DNA of 64,000 nucleotides. Source: Escherichia phage vB_EcoM_PTE-Eco09. The stretch is from sequence record PQ306574.1; one strand, written 5' to 3'. A program made the position numbers and the translations under genes. Below are positions 63,661-64,000 of the stretch, piece after piece. Position 1 is the stretch's first letter; each line of letters opens with the position of its first letter. Under the pieces are notes generated by a model. That model saw only the letters and a program-made list of their open reading frames with translations. It had not been told where the DNA came from and ran no database searches.

Positions 63661-64000
63661 AATTGATATCTATGCGGGTGGACCTTATCCATCGGGTGAA
63701 TTGAGTAATTTCAATAAAAGACCATTCCGTCTATTTGGTTGCGATATTAACAGCACAGAAGGATTTTTACAGGGGCTAAGATTTAAGAACCCTCAGAGAC
63801 AAAGAGAAATCTTTTTGATGCACGGTGGCAAAGCAAAAAGAACCGGAAGAACTGAAAAGATTGAGAATCACCTGTTATATTTTCAGGGTCGCCAGATTCA
63901 TCGAATGAGTGAGCATTATTACAGACTGGTACATCTGGCATTTGTTACGATGGCACGGAATAACCCAGAATTTTGTAAAGCATTACTCGCTACCGGAAAT
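63650..64000 (+). CDS. NADAR/YbiA-like domain protein (3' end outside window)
   Basis: GGPYPSGELSNF, STEGFLQGLRF, KAKRTGR, ALLATGN resemble the NADAR pattern; ORF runs off the window end. Confidence 0.45.
   Translation, partial: MTSEIDIYAGGPYPSGELSNFNKRPFRLFGCDINSTEGFLQGLRFKNPQRQREIFLMHGGKAKRTGRTEKIENHLLYFQGRQIHRMSEHYYRLVHLAFVTMARNNPEFCKALLATGN

Noticed and set aside
1-64000. tRNA, rRNA or other large structured RNA genes
   Set aside because: No intergenic region of sufficient length with cloverleaf-like features was seen; the only long structured non-coding segments are the intron flanks in gene 43.

Overview
This window is a contiguous piece of a T4-like (Tevenvirinae-type) myovirus genome, identified by reading the ORF translations against remembered T4 proteins and T4 gene order; no database search was run. 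On the + strand it carries the replication/recombination block 46(partial)-45-44-62-regA-43-uvsX-40-41-61-dda-dexA-39-rIIA-rIIB-52. A hyperplastic early region of small ORFs follows, driven by repeated sigma70-like promoter cassettes. The long tail fibre module 34-35-36-37 plus holin t lies on the - strand (32.7-43.3 kb). The + strand then resumes with rnh-59-32-frd-td-nrdA-mobE-nrdB-rnlA-spanins-pseT-cd-31. The most notable feature is that DNA polymerase gene 43 is interrupted at the conserved SLYPSII motif by a 1113-bp insertion (5490-6602) with the hallmarks of a self-splicing group I intron. That insertion carries an HNH/NUMOD3-like homing endonuclease frame broken by an in-frame TGA. Other candidates worth follow-up are a CYTH-like protein, a Mod-like ADP-ribosyltransferase, a partial NADAR-like ORF, a strongly acidic small protein, a DUF1311-like periplasmic protein, a second stop-interrupted endonuclease frame (GIY-YIG-like) and a tail fibre with a C-terminal intramolecular chaperone domain. 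Domain names (CYTH, NADAR, DUF1311, T5orf172, NUMOD3, AP2) are motif-level recognitions by eye and need profile searches. No CRISPR, rRNA or tRNA was recognised.
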